A stretch of DNA of 64,000 nucleotides from Magallana gigas (lineage: Eukaryota). Positions within the stretch are counted from its first letter, which is position 1, and every line of letters begins with the position of its first letter. Shown here piece by piece: positions 13,608 to 26,204 of this stretch. The notes under the pieces were generated by a model, which made no database searches, was not told where the DNA came from, and was given only the letters and a program-made list of their open reading frames with translations. The stretch covers positions 50,778,001 to 50,842,000 of the forward strand of contig NC_088854.1 in the NCBI RefSeq assembly GCF_963853765.1, given 5' to 3'. The position numbers were made by a program, and so were the translations under genes.

Positions 13608-16600
13608 CTGAAAAAGTTAAGAGTATTGCAATTGTTGAAACGTGTTGACTAATGATTTGCTTTTTGAATTGCATGGTAGTATGGTCACAACGAATTGTTT
13701 ACTTTACTGGTATATGAACCATTGTAAAGGTAAATAAACCCGTATTTTGAGATAGCCCCTAAAAAGAACCTCAGTGTAGATTTTCTTGTAGATTATCGAC
13801 ATTTTTAACAAGAATAAATAGGGGTTACCCCATATCCAATATATTCGAATTTTAAGGAGGTTGACTTTAGTTTTGATTGCGCACGTCTTTGCACATTCCA
13901 GTAAAATACAGTGTATCTATACTTTTTATGAAATTGTTTCGATGACATTTATTAGATTAAACACAATAAACAATATACAGATAAAAATATTGAAAATATT
14001 TAAAGGAAAAATTTTATTTTTAAACGATTTTCCGTTGTTTGGTATGTGAGCGTTTATGACGTTATGATAAAATGAAGCTTATAAGAAATAACATGAAAGA
14101 AAGGGTACAAATTAATATTATTAACCACGTATTACAATTTGAGGAAAATCGCTTTTGTGGCTTTTTTAAAAACTGCTTCGAAGTGCGGTGAATATCTTCC
14201 TATGGTAAATAAACCTGTATTTTGAGATGGCCCCTAAAAAAGAACCTCAAGGTAGATTTTCTTGAAACTTCGCAAATATACTGGACTTGGTGTAAATTAC
14301 TTGGTGTGCCATGGTAAAAAATAAAGAGTTTCGCGTAAGTAGTTTTTTCCGCAAAAAGAAAGACCCAATTCGGCCTCCTTAAACTACTTGAATGTTCACT
14401 CTGTACAGGTTTAATTTACAAAACTTGTGGAACTTTATTTTATCGCGACTTTACATTTGCATCCGTAATTATAACAAAGAGCCGTTTACGTGAGTGGGAT
14501 CAGAAATTGTAGCATGTGTTGCATAACTATTCCGTCATTAAAAAAAGAAAAAGAAAAACATACAAGTCTCATACACTAAGATGATTAATATTCTCTCAGA
14601 AGAGATTGTGTGGTAATTAACGAAGAATTATCAAGAAAGAAATATTATGATAATTGTTGTAATAATAGAAAAATATATTTATTAATAAAAAAAATGTCAA
14701 TCGAAGAATGGCTTATATTTTCGTGAAAAAGACTGTCAGAGGAGGCAGCTAGCGTGATAATACATGAATGAATACTTATTAATATTCCTGCATAAAAGGA
14801 AATTTTTTTACATTAATTTATGTTCATTTTTACTTTCCACGTAAACACCGAAATTCTAAACATTTAGTTGAAATGTTGTCTCTGCTGGTCATGAATGGAA
14901 CTATATTTTTCAGAGCAATTGTGTGAAGAGTACCTGGCTTTAGTAGATAGTAAGCACTGATCGAATATATTAATTGTAAAAATGAATAGATTCTAAATAC
15001 AGACAAAGGACTTTGGGAAGTTGTGTCATACAGCAATGTGACGTAGGCCAGTGTATTTCATATCTATATTGTTGGTCATTTGGTGGTGGCTCTTTGGAAT
15101 CCACCAGAATTGCTCTAATCTAAAGCTATGTCTACATTATGATAACCTGTGCATACATCATTTGAGATTAGCGTCATTTAAAGCTTTTTTATGCAAGAGG
15201 TATATAATTACACGAGAGTCAATGCGGCTCTAGTCTAACTTACCAGCGTGTCCACTATCTGCGGCCTGCGCTTCTTCATGTGCTTGACGTTATGATAAAC
15301 GTCTACGTCGTGGTCCATTTGCATGGCTTCACATATCGTCCACACCGCGCAGAATAGTCCACTGTGTGTAGCGCCATCTTTACAGTGCACCACAATGGGC
15401 GCCGTGTTCTCATTGGATTGTCTCTGCCAACTCCGGACCAAGTCAATGAGGTCCAGGAACATTGTCTTGGACTTTGGAACAAAGTCATTCTCGCTCCATG
15501 CATTGAACTGAAACTGGCGGACCTCCCTCGGGGTCGACTTCACCCTCAGCATGTTGTGGAGCTTGAAGTGTCGTATCGTCACGTTCTCTTGCTGCCAAAT
15601 GTTTGTGTTGTCCACGAAGAACGGTTCAAACTTCTTGATTTTGTCTTCCGGCCAGTACTCGGCTGTGGTGTCGTCCTCGCTTTGGAAGTCCTCCATCATA
15701 ACGATCGTCTGCACCTTGTGGTCGTACACAAGTTTCCAGAAATCTATCACAGTCGTGTGAAGGGGAGACTGTGTCACTATGAAATGGCTGTTCAGCTCAT
15801 GGCTATCCAGGAAGACGGCATTGATGTAATCTGTACGTTCGAAGCCACCGGGAGTTTTCAAAATCGGTCTGTAGTCGTTCGGGGGAACAACATCCGGAAA
15901 ACGATTCTTGGAATAGTTCATTGGAAGATGCGAAACTGAACACTGTTTTTTAGTTGGTTTCCTAGTGAACAATTGCAAAGATTTAAATTGGTCTCTGAGA
16001 AAAGAGTGTTTCGTTTTTGGATTGCGCATAGTCAAAGTGTGATATTTTTCCTTCAGGTCAGAACCTGCCCGCGTATCTCCTGCAACGCGAGCTTCGAAAA
16101 TCGCTTCGTATATAAATATATACTGTTTTACTGTCCGAACCATTGCTATTCTGTCCTTTCGCATTCTTCTTACAAAGGAATATACACTAATGATACCCTC
16201 TGCTTCGTACTGATCTATCAAGGCGTCGATTGCAATAAAGGTCCCCGTTCGGCTCACCCCCGTACCACAGTGTACCACTAGCGGGGACTTATCGTTGCCA
16301 TGGTACTCGCGCACTTTATGGCGGAACTCTAACAGAGGAATGGGGTCATCCGGTACACCATGGTCTGGCCAGGAGCAAAAATCGAAAATATGGACGACTT
16401 TTGTGTGAGCATCATGCTTTGTTTTGATCTTTACTGATCTTATAACAAAGTCCGCGTACTCTTTCTCGTCAATCAACGCGAGAGTAAAGCTACCATACTG
16501 AACTTTTCCCATCTCCGAGTCTGGCCAATATTTTGAGCATTTCACGATTTTATCCTCAACCACATTTGTGATCATGACAACCACTTTGATATTATACTGA

Positions 16601-19600
16601 AACAACATTCTCCAAAAATCTAACACCGTTTCTTCGTCGAAAGGGCTCTGAGCGGCTATGTACCCATGAGGCTTATTGTACCCCTTGACGAAGTTAGCGT
16701 TAATAAAATCTCCATTGGAGTTTTCATCGGGATCAAGAACTACTCTGGTGTGGTCGTACGGTAATAAGTGTCGAAAACGGTTCTTTCGGGTGTTTTTATT
16801 CCGGACCGCGTCATTCCAAGGCGCCAAAGGCTGGTGAGGAAGCTCGTGAAACTCTTGCTGGAATGTGACGGGTGCAGACGACATGTTGACTGGAATACTT
16901 CCGTTCAGAATGGTTCCGTGATATCCGTCATCCGGAACAAGATCGCGTCCAGAAATGATGTACCGACTCTCTCTCAGCGAGTAGATAGTGTTCCAGTGTT
17001 CGTGGGGATTGTATTCGTCGATAGCGGTCAGCTGAACTTTTTTCTCCTCCTCAAATGTGTCGTACAGAGGCGGAGAGAACCGGTTGATTCTGGATCGGAG
17101 GAATAGAATCAGGAGAATGATTGCGACCAGTAGAAGAATCAAAAGTATTATCACCACGGCAACAATGACCGGTGTGTTGTCTGAGGCGGTGGCGACAGGA
17201 ACCACCACCGGCGGCACAACGGTGGTCACTATCAAAACCGTGGTGGCTGTGGCGGACATTTTGGAATAATTGGTCTTGGTTTTTGTCCCCACAGTGCTAA
17301 CTATCTCATAATAAATGTCGTATTTTGTGTTCTTCTTCAGGGGAGGGTTTGACTTTCCGCCATATACGTTGCCGTCGCCGACAACAAAAATTCGACTAGT
17401 TTTGATGTCGGAGTCGGCGAACTTCGCCACGACGACCCCGGGAGGACCAGCGGCCTGCTGACGTCTACGTCGACTTGACGCAGGGAGCTCATGGACGTAG
17501 ATCTGGTAGGCCGTCAGCGGCCCCGTGTCGATTTTGAAAGGATAGATCTCAATAGTGATGGTCGACTCTGTTGTATTCTTCAACTGTGGAGCCGGCGGTG
17601 TTTCCGGGTCGCCCTGGTAGGTTCTGGCAAACGCTATGGCTGGGTCCCCAGTGCCCTCGTTGGAGCTGGCGGACACTTCCACTTTGTACTGGGTGTACAC
17701 TAGGAGCGCGCACTGATCGTGCGATGTGCCCTCGCTCTCGGGTTTCACAATTGTCTTGAAATCTATGACCAAAGTTCCATCCGTAGCTGAACTTGTGATC
17801 TGAAATATTAAAATTCAAGCTGGTCTAGGCACCCTCCGGCTATACAAGTTCAACATAACAATTGTCATGTATAGAATTGATTTCTTTTCTAAAAACATAA
17901 TATTAATTTTCTATCATGAGCTTTACAATTGATCAGATTTCTTTCTTTCAATACAGTATTAATAATACAATACTTCTAGTATCAAAAGATCTTTTAGTAA
18001 ACAGTGTTATAAACAAGTGTATTAGGACATATGGTGACGTTCAGATACCCTGTAACTATTGATGACTCCCCCTAGGAAGACGGGTGGGGCCCATGAGATC
18101 CTCAGACAGGTTTCATTGTGTGGAATCACGGTGACGTTGGAGGGTGGACCGGGAATCGCCTGTCTTGTCTGGGTCTGATTCACATCACTGAAGTTTCCCC
18201 ACAGCCCGGGCTTGGTCCTGGCTCGAACCTATCAATAAAATCAATTTTACCAGATATCCCCAAAAAGGAAGGAGATAGAAATGCTTTTAAAATATGCACT
18301 ATTCTAAATTCAACATCGCAGGAAAGACAACCCACCTTGATGTAGTAATTTGTGTACGGCGTCAGTGAGCTCACTGTTACAGAGTTATCTGCACTTGACT
18401 TGTGGGTGAAGTCTTTGAAGTCAGGGGTGATACTAAACGACACCTCGTATTCCCGGATAATCCCATTACTTGGAATTGGCACCGTGTATCCCACCTCAAT
18501 GCTTGTCACGCCCGGACTGATAGTGTTGATTACTGGTGCAGCCGGTTCTATTTATGGAAGTCAAAATTAAGAAAATAAATCTCGAAAATAAAACTTAAAA
18601 CAGCTCAATTTCCATTTCTATGCGTACAGTGGAGTAGTGAAAGAACTGCGAACGCTAACGCCCGCTTCCCGCCTACATTTATATCCAAATATTTCGGAAT
18701 TTCTGTCAGATATTCAAAAACTAAGTTTTCTTTTGAAAACTAAGTTGTCTACTAAAAAATATAATCAAATCCTAGTCAATTAATATCAAAATTAAATTTG
18801 TAATCAAATTATTTAAAAAAAAATTTAAACAAAAGTTTTGCTAACGCATGGTGTTAAAAAATTTCATTGAAATCGGTCTCTATGAGTGAGGAAAATATTA
18901 TTTAGCGGCCGATATGTGCATAAAAACTTAATCATCACATGTTTACGATGGATATTAAAGTAAATTTTCATTTTCATATGTGCATAAAAACTTAATCATC
19001 ACATGTTTACGATGGATATTAAAGTAAATTTTCATTTTAATTCATATTTGTTAATTATATTTTGAAACGTTACAAAGCAAAAATTTTGCTTTTTTTGGGA
19101 ATGTATTTTGGTCTGTACATTTTTTTTGTAGATATATGTCCCCCCCCCGTGACACAATAAACTCTTTGGTATAAATATGTTTTAAAAAATATGTAATTTC
19201 TATAAAACCCCTTAAAAGGAATTTTTGTTTCACGGGGGGGGGGGGGGGGGGGGGGGGGGCATGTTTTATAAAAAAAAATTCGTTTTCCGTTAGTTTCTAT
19301 TATGAAATGAGCTATTTTAACCCAAAATACATAGTTATCTCTCTTTTTTCTTTTTTTTTAAATAATTTATATTTAATGAAAACATACATTATTGTTTACA
19401 TTATTATGAAAAAAAATTTAATTAGATAATTATCAAAAAATGACCTTTAGTTAGGCGGCTAGATAATGCTATCGTTCGCAGTCCTTGGATCAAATGTAAG
19501 CTCGTCGAATTTTTGTGTCTCGGGTTCTGTTTTGTTTACCATTTTAATTTAATATGATATTAATTACGTCATTTTCCATACCTGCTTCGTCTGTGCGCAC

Positions 19601-22600
19601 CGTGAGGTATGTCTGGGGCCCGTCTCCGACGCTGTTTCTGTAGGACACACCAAACGTGTAACTACTGTACGGGGTTAACCCGCTAATCGTCACCCGGCCC
19701 CGTTTAACGGTCCCGTTAATGTCGTTAAGCCCGGTCCCACTTAGGGTGTAAGGGTACTCCAACAGATTACCTCCCCTGTCCTCACAAAGCGGGGGTTCCC
19801 ACTCCAGTGTCAGGCTTGTAGCGTTAAACCCAATGACACCCACGTTTCGAACAATTCCTCTTGGTCCTGAAGATAATTATTATATACATTGAAATGAAAA
19901 GTGTACTTATTTTGTGTCTAATTCTTACAACATTTTTGTACATACATGTAGCTTTAAAGGGGACCTGCAAGCCAACTGAAACTTTACTTTTGCCTATAGG
20001 CCCTATAATATGTACCTATGGCAAAAAGCCGCATCAAAATCGATGCAGTAATAAGGACGTAACGCCGTTTGAAAGTAAATTACACCTATTTAAATATAGG
20101 TAAATTGTACAAATTCAATGTCCTAAGACTTTTGACATTTGTAAAATACTTGTAAGACTTATACACTGACTTTCATCCTGAGTGGTGATATTCTGAGATA
20201 TGGTGCGATCGTTCTCTGTGGAGGTCAGGTTAAACACTTCGATAACGGCCTTGACATTGTACCGTCTGTAGGGCTTCAATCCCTGCACACTGAGCGACCC
20301 AGACCTCTCGACAACCCTGATGTGTGAAAGAAAAAACATATCTATCAGGCTTAAGGCATAGAGAGGAAAAACACAATGACATATTGGCAAAGCACAAAGT
20401 CGTGAATCGTGTCCGATAGTGTCAATGGCTTTTTTTCCCTCACCTCGTGCCCTCGACGGTCAGATTGAGGTCCCCGCAGTCTCCGATCCCGATAATTCCG
20501 TACGTTATGGTCACGTTCCCAAGGTTGTCGAAGTTTTTACCTGCCCACGTCACAGAAAGTACGTTGTTCACGGCGTCATAGCTCACCGAGAAACTTTGGA
20601 ATAGTGATCCTGAAACAGTCCATCAATAAACACAGTGTATATTTCTGTATAAGTTACTCCTATTTTAAATTGAGGAACAAAATGTACTGTTATACTTTCA
20701 TGTTAAATACTGAAATCTGATTGGTTAAAACGCAGTTCATAATCCGTTCTATTACCCTCAGCTTTAGCAACACACTTAGCAATGGGTAACATTAAAAATT
20801 GTTACATGCGCGAAAATTATGCGCGTACGGTTCGCTGTAGAATCACGTTATTCCTATATAAAAGCAGTAAAATTTTCTTACAAGTTAAGACATTCAGTAT
20901 AACACAATAAATAGTGCCTGTTTGGGAGGATAACAGTTGAAATCGACACTCCTCGAAAACCATTGTCAACCTCCGCTTCGCGTCGGTTGACAATGGTTTT
21001 CTCGGGCTGTCAATTTCAACTGTTACCCTCCCAAACAGGCACTATTTATATAGTGTCTTACCTGGAGGAGGGGTGGGGGCTGGTGTGGGGGGTCGCAGCG
21101 TGGTCGTGGTGGGCACTGAAAATGATATAAACTGTGTTAATTTGTGTGAGTATTTGATAGATAAATAAATATCCGCATTCATACAATGATTGCTTGTTCG
21201 ACAAGTCTTTGAATAGAATCCATTAATTTCAGTCAATGTCTGACGTGATACTGTTTCGATCTAACTTACCGATACACTGGGTGGGGTAGAATGGGCTACG
21301 GAACCCAGGGGTCCAGTCGGTCATTAGCTTCCCGCTCTCGTCGGCCCTGACGACGCTCACCCGGAAGCTGTAGAGAGCATCCACATCGAGGCCAGTAAAC
21401 GTTTCGATGACTCTGTCCGTGTTCACTACACTGTAACGTTTGACGACATTCCAGGACGCTGAGGGGTTTTGCTCAAGTACTTCCAACCTGAAAAAGGGGC
21501 ACATGGTTTATATAACCAAATCACAGATTGCTGACAAAGTACTCGTAAACTACTCGTAATCAATAAAGACAGTTTGTGTAGGAATTTTACACATTAACTG
21601 GAATATCAAAGTGCCAGCAAAAATGTTTCTTGGCATAGATTTTTATGTGTGTGGTTTGTTTTTTTTAACTATGGAGAGAATAATATTAATATACTTAGAG
21701 AAATAAATTCCCGTTTATAAAGGCAGTTTTAAATTGATACAGAAAGTGGACATCTTTTCACATTGAAAAACGATTTTGGGGGATAGGTATTTCCCTTTCT
21801 TTTACTAAAAACAAATGGGTTTGTGAATTGAAAAATCATCGTATTCAACAATAGCTTTGTGCATGCTGTAAATCATTTCTCATCTTACTAAGCTTAATCA
21901 GGAAATCAGTTATATCCCCTAAAGCATCAAATTATAACATGGAAACCAATCCAAGAATAATAATCGTCTGGGTGAGCTCTGATTATCAAATGGCAAGAGG
22001 ATTTATTGCTGTTGTAAGCAGAGTGCCAGTACAGAGTGTAACCTTAAATATTGTGTGTGTTAATTGAAGTTAACCAAATAATATTTGATATCAATTTCAC
22101 AACTATGGGTAGAGGAAAATTACATACAAATTCTGGACCGTAACTTGAGTCGTTTACGGCTTTGGCTATCGGGCCAAATTCACAAAAGTCATCCTATATA
22201 GCTATGTAAGTAAAATCTTTGCATATTAAGGACGGTTTGTCCTGTGTGTACAGGTACCTGTATTCTCCTATGGGACCGTCTCCTATGTCAAGGTCCTTGA
22301 CCCATTTTTGGAAGGTCACGGTCATATTGCCACACACGTTGTCACTGACTTGCGGCGGGTCTTTCAGTTTTGGCAGCACTGTAAGATCGAATTGAACACC
22401 AATTGATTACTGGTAAATTATGAAACTGTCTAATCTTTCCTTCTGAATAATTTAGAGAGAGTCATGAAATATGATTTGAGTAGAGTTATGGACGTACGTC
22501 TTTGACATCCTGGCCCTCCATACTCTTCGTGGCAGTTTCCTGAGGAGCACAGACCGTTGATGTTACTACATGTGTCATTATCTGGACAGTGGCATTCAAA

Positions 22601-25532
22601 AGCACAGTTCTTTCCGAAAAAGTTGGGTTCACAAGCTGTTAAAAATTAAAAAAAGGATTTTAATACACAATGGTACAACATCTATATGAATTTTTTTTCA
22701 TACACCTTGGTATATTAAATTGTTTCCTTCGTTTACAAAATAAACATGCATAATTTCACTAGGCCGAGAACTCACGCGTTTGACAATAAGGTACCCCGGA
22801 CCAGCCCCATTCACAGGTGAAGGACGTGCAGAACCCGTCTGTCTTTCTGCAGTCATCCGCTCCGTTCAAACAGTGACAAGTTCCGGTGCAGTTTACTCCG
22901 AACTTCCCATCTTCACAGCCTGTTTTAATGATAAAAGTGAAGGGAAAATTAAAGTAGTCCAATTAAGTCACTCTTTTAGTGTTACGTTTTATTTAAGACA
23001 GAGGGAAACTTACCTCTACAGATGCCACCCACAGGGTAGAACCCTGCAGAGCACGTGTTGCAATTCTCGGGACCTGCTGATGTGCAACCATCACACGCAA
23101 TGTTGCAACCTTTAGAAATTAAACATAAGACTCTTATTATGCCAATAAAATAAGGGGTAAATTTGATTGCCTTTTTCAAGAACCTTTCCTTAGATTTTAC
23201 TTTAAAGCAGTGATCGCAAAAAAACATGATTCCTTGGTACGAATAAACTTTAACAATATGTAAATATGTAGTTGCGTACCCCGGCATGTTGTGCCAACTC
23301 TGTAGAACTGGTCAGCACAGTTCACGCATGCGTCAGGCCCGGGACCTGTGCACCCGTTACACGCTACATTACAGGCTGAAATGTAGAAAACACACTCAAA
23401 GCCCATCCTAATGAATTGGTATTCATACAATAGCAAAACTCAAGAAATATATAACACAGTGAGAGTCTTTAATAAAGAAAACGTTCAGTATTGAAATAAT
23501 TGATTTAAAGATTATTGACAACATTGATAAAACATTCTTTTTATAGAAATGACATTCTCCTGTAAATGTACATAACAGACAGCTACGTATGTATACACTG
23601 TTTGGATGATATGATGTAATTTTTTTATTCCGAAAGTGTTATGTTGTTTTAGTTAGTCATGACCCAAAGAATTCGGGGCCGCAAAACGTAGACAGTGTCC
23701 TTTTGAATCTAATATCACCCAGTTAAAAAGGAGCTGATATCGTTTTAAGGTCGCGAGCATGTCTAGGGGATAAGTATACGCTGATGTACACTTAAAATTT
23801 GACGACTTTATTTTTATGAAATGGTATGCGTAACTTTTAAAATAAACCCATTTTTATGGTGGAAATTGCATTCACCGGGGTTTAAGTAAATCTGGCGAGC
23901 ACACGGTGCCGCGTTCTTTGGAGTATTATATCCCGACAAGTCTGGCTTTATTACCTCATGGTGCGTGTTTGGTTGGGATTTATCTAGGCTATAAAGAGAG
24001 AGTAAACATACACACCCAGACAGACTGGTCCCCCGCCCTCCGTACTGTTTCCGCAGTACTCCGTGGGCTGACATCGAGGGAAACAGGTCTGGGAAACTGA
24101 AAGGTGAAAGATTTCAGTGAATATAAATACATAAAACTGGTTACTGAGCCCGAGTTATAAAATGTAACAATTCGTGTTCATAGAGATATAAACAACATTT
24201 TTTGAATTTCTGTGCTATGGTTTAAATGAAAAGATAACACGTAACCAAACAACATATATAATATATATGTCGTCAATACTCAAATCCAATAAAATTCTGA
24301 TAACCTAATATCAATATTCCAAAAGAATACCAATTATCTGTATCAGTCAGTGGAAAGATTAGGCGGTATACAATCCAACACTCAGCAGCAATTCTTAAAT
24401 ACAAAGAAATTCAATTTCTAGCAATATATAATATTAAAGCTGCACCGTGTAAAGATCAGGCAAATATCATCACCACCCCCTCCCCCCAACCTACACCACT
24501 TTTTTCGACATCAGAGATAATTTCAACATACATGTATATAAAATTAAATAATGAAGGAAATAGCCCCCCCCCCCCCTTTTTTTTAAAGAGTATATAAAAA
24601 TTCTTGCTTGTCAAGTTTAGTGCCCACCCTCAACTCCCACCTTCGAAAACAATGTTGCATGTTGTTTATATATCTGCACGTGTAAAATACAAGGCATGTT
24701 GATAAACTACATGTATCAATCTAATTAAAATTAAATCCTTCACCTCACAGCCACGTATCAAATACGGGAGCGTGAAGGATTGATAAAATATGTATATGTA
24801 ATTCAGACGTCTTACAGTTTGAATAACTATATAAAATAATTGCATGTTGAATTAATTCTTATAAAAAAAAAAAACACGTTATCAGGGGATAATTTTCAGT
24901 GTTTATTTATAGCAATTGTTTTCTCAAGTGACTCCTCTTATAATATGAAATAAATATTTGGTACGACTGAAATAAATTTAATTTTCACGTAGAAAAAATA
25001 CACGCTGGTTTTTCTTTTTCTTGCATTCACATTTGAATGGTGGAAATGTTACTTTTCATTGTATAAGGAAATTCCATTATTTGAAAATGTAATAAACATA
25101 CGTAAAAAATATTTTATATTAATGATATACAAAAAATGCAGTATTAATTCACAGGTATATAGAGTAAGTATGTGAGTTAATGACTACATATATAAGTAAA
25201 ACTTTTATTATGATATATCTGTGTAATAATATACTCTCATATTATATATATACATGTATATTCATTTAGTTAAGTTTAGATTGATAAATTTTTAACCTTT
25301 AATGTAACATAATTAATTGAAAAAAAAGTAAATAAATATTCCTAAAATATCATCGCGATATGCTACGAACGTGTATAAACCAAAGCCATTCACTCGAATG
25401 CCAATATGCTCATATCAAAGTCTGTTAAAATTATTATTTTTTTTTAAATATGTAAATGTATCTACCTGTATACAATGGGAAAGAGATCAGTATTATTGCT
25501 GAAGTGAGGAAAAAGGTAGTAGGAATTGACAT
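13446..25532 (-). CDS. Receptor-type protein tyrosine phosphatase: signal peptide - EGF-like - 2 furin-like Cys repeats - 2 EGF - about 5 FN3 - TM - PTP D1 - PTP D2 (1573 aa, 16 coding exons)
   Basis: Exons: 25466-25532 (MSIPTTFFLTSAIILISFPLYT), 24016-24096, 23280-23375, 23014-23109, 22776-22919, 22498-22635, 22258-22378, 21270-21487, 21062-21115, 20444-20609, 20171-20316, 19582-19866, 18336-18547, 18049-18228, 15244-17799, 13446-13607. All junctions are GT/AG with compatible phases; total 4722 nt. Motifs: KNRF, DFINA, WPDHGVP, HCGTGVSRTG. Confidence 0.9.
15244..17799 (-). CDS. Giant exon 15 of the RPTP (FN3, TM, D1, most of D2)
   Basis: Open 852-codon exon bounded by acceptor tttcag|ATC (17799) and donor CTG|GTAAGT (15244). 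It corresponds to ORF-track entry 15235-17772. Confidence 0.92.
18912..19038 (+). repeat. Perfect 63-bp tandem duplication (period 64) in an RPTP intron
   Basis: atatgtgcataaaaacttaatc..taaattttcatttt occurs at 18912 and 18976. Confidence 0.9.
20690..21049 (-). mobile_element. ~360-bp element with a 143-bp terminal palindrome; second copy at 52833-53193
   Basis: The palindrome 20907-21049 (ataaatagtgcctg..cgcttcgcg..caggcactatttat) plus the body aligns in opposite orientation with 52833-53193. Confidence 0.85.
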
Positions 25533-26142
25533 TTCTTCTCATCAAACTCAGTCATACCGCTCCTGACCTGCAATAGATTACACATGTACGTTGTAGAAAC
25601 GTGTGTACACATAAAACAAAATAAGCTCGGAAGATTTAAACCTAATTTGCGCAGTTAATAAATACCCGAGTATTTGATAATGATCATTTCAATGAGTAGT
25701 GCATGGCGGTCACAACTGGAAATTTAACCATGTATATTACGCATTAAATAAATCAAGAACATTTAGCACTCTAATTTGAATAAATAGGCGTGAATGAATT
25801 TAAATGCCCGGCTGGGTACTGACTTTGTCCCTATCTAAAACGTAAATAAGCTACACGTACCTGTATCGACATGTATCGCTAAATATTTATTGTGAATTCT
25901 AAATAATTCTTATTCATTCCTAAACATAAGCGATATCGTTTCTTCTTTTTTTATAAAGTCGAAACTATTATACAAGCACATGCAAAAGATAAACCTACCT
26001 ATGTATCATTCAATGCACTTAGGAGACATAATTATTGTACATAATCAATATGCTCACGGGGGCCGCCATATTTTTGTCACGCCTTTTTGTTTACAAACGT
26101 TACTAAGGAAATGGAAACGTTACACGACAGGCGCGTGCTTAC

Positions 26143-26204
26143 CTGCGGATTTTTGCGAAGCGGGCTCCTCAAAATGTCCTCATCACTGTCTGCTTTTTAT
26201 ATAA
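26143..26204 (-). promoter_or_regulatory. Candidate TATA box and non-coding first exon of the RPTP
   Basis: TATATAAAA lies on the minus strand at 26195-26203, with a strong donor CAG|GTAAGC at 26143. The matching acceptor ctattgcag|G at 25567 precedes the signal-peptide exon. Confidence 0.55.

Noticed and set aside
13729-14264. ~60-bp direct repeat pair (13729-13788, 14204-14264) in the last RPTP intron as LTR remnants
   Set aside because: There are no TG..CA ends, PBS/PPT or TSD. It is most simply a local duplication.
15303-17759. Several plus-strand ORFs (e.g. 15364-15939, 191 aa) opposite the giant RPTP exon
   Set aside because: These are expected antisense shadows of a GC-rich, codon-biased exon and contain no domain motifs.
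19234-19259. G26 run (also G/C runs near 2358, 29812 and 35647) as regulatory G-quadruplexes
   Set aside because: They lie within or beside common G/C-tract repeats, homopolymer lengths are unreliable, and nothing indicates function.
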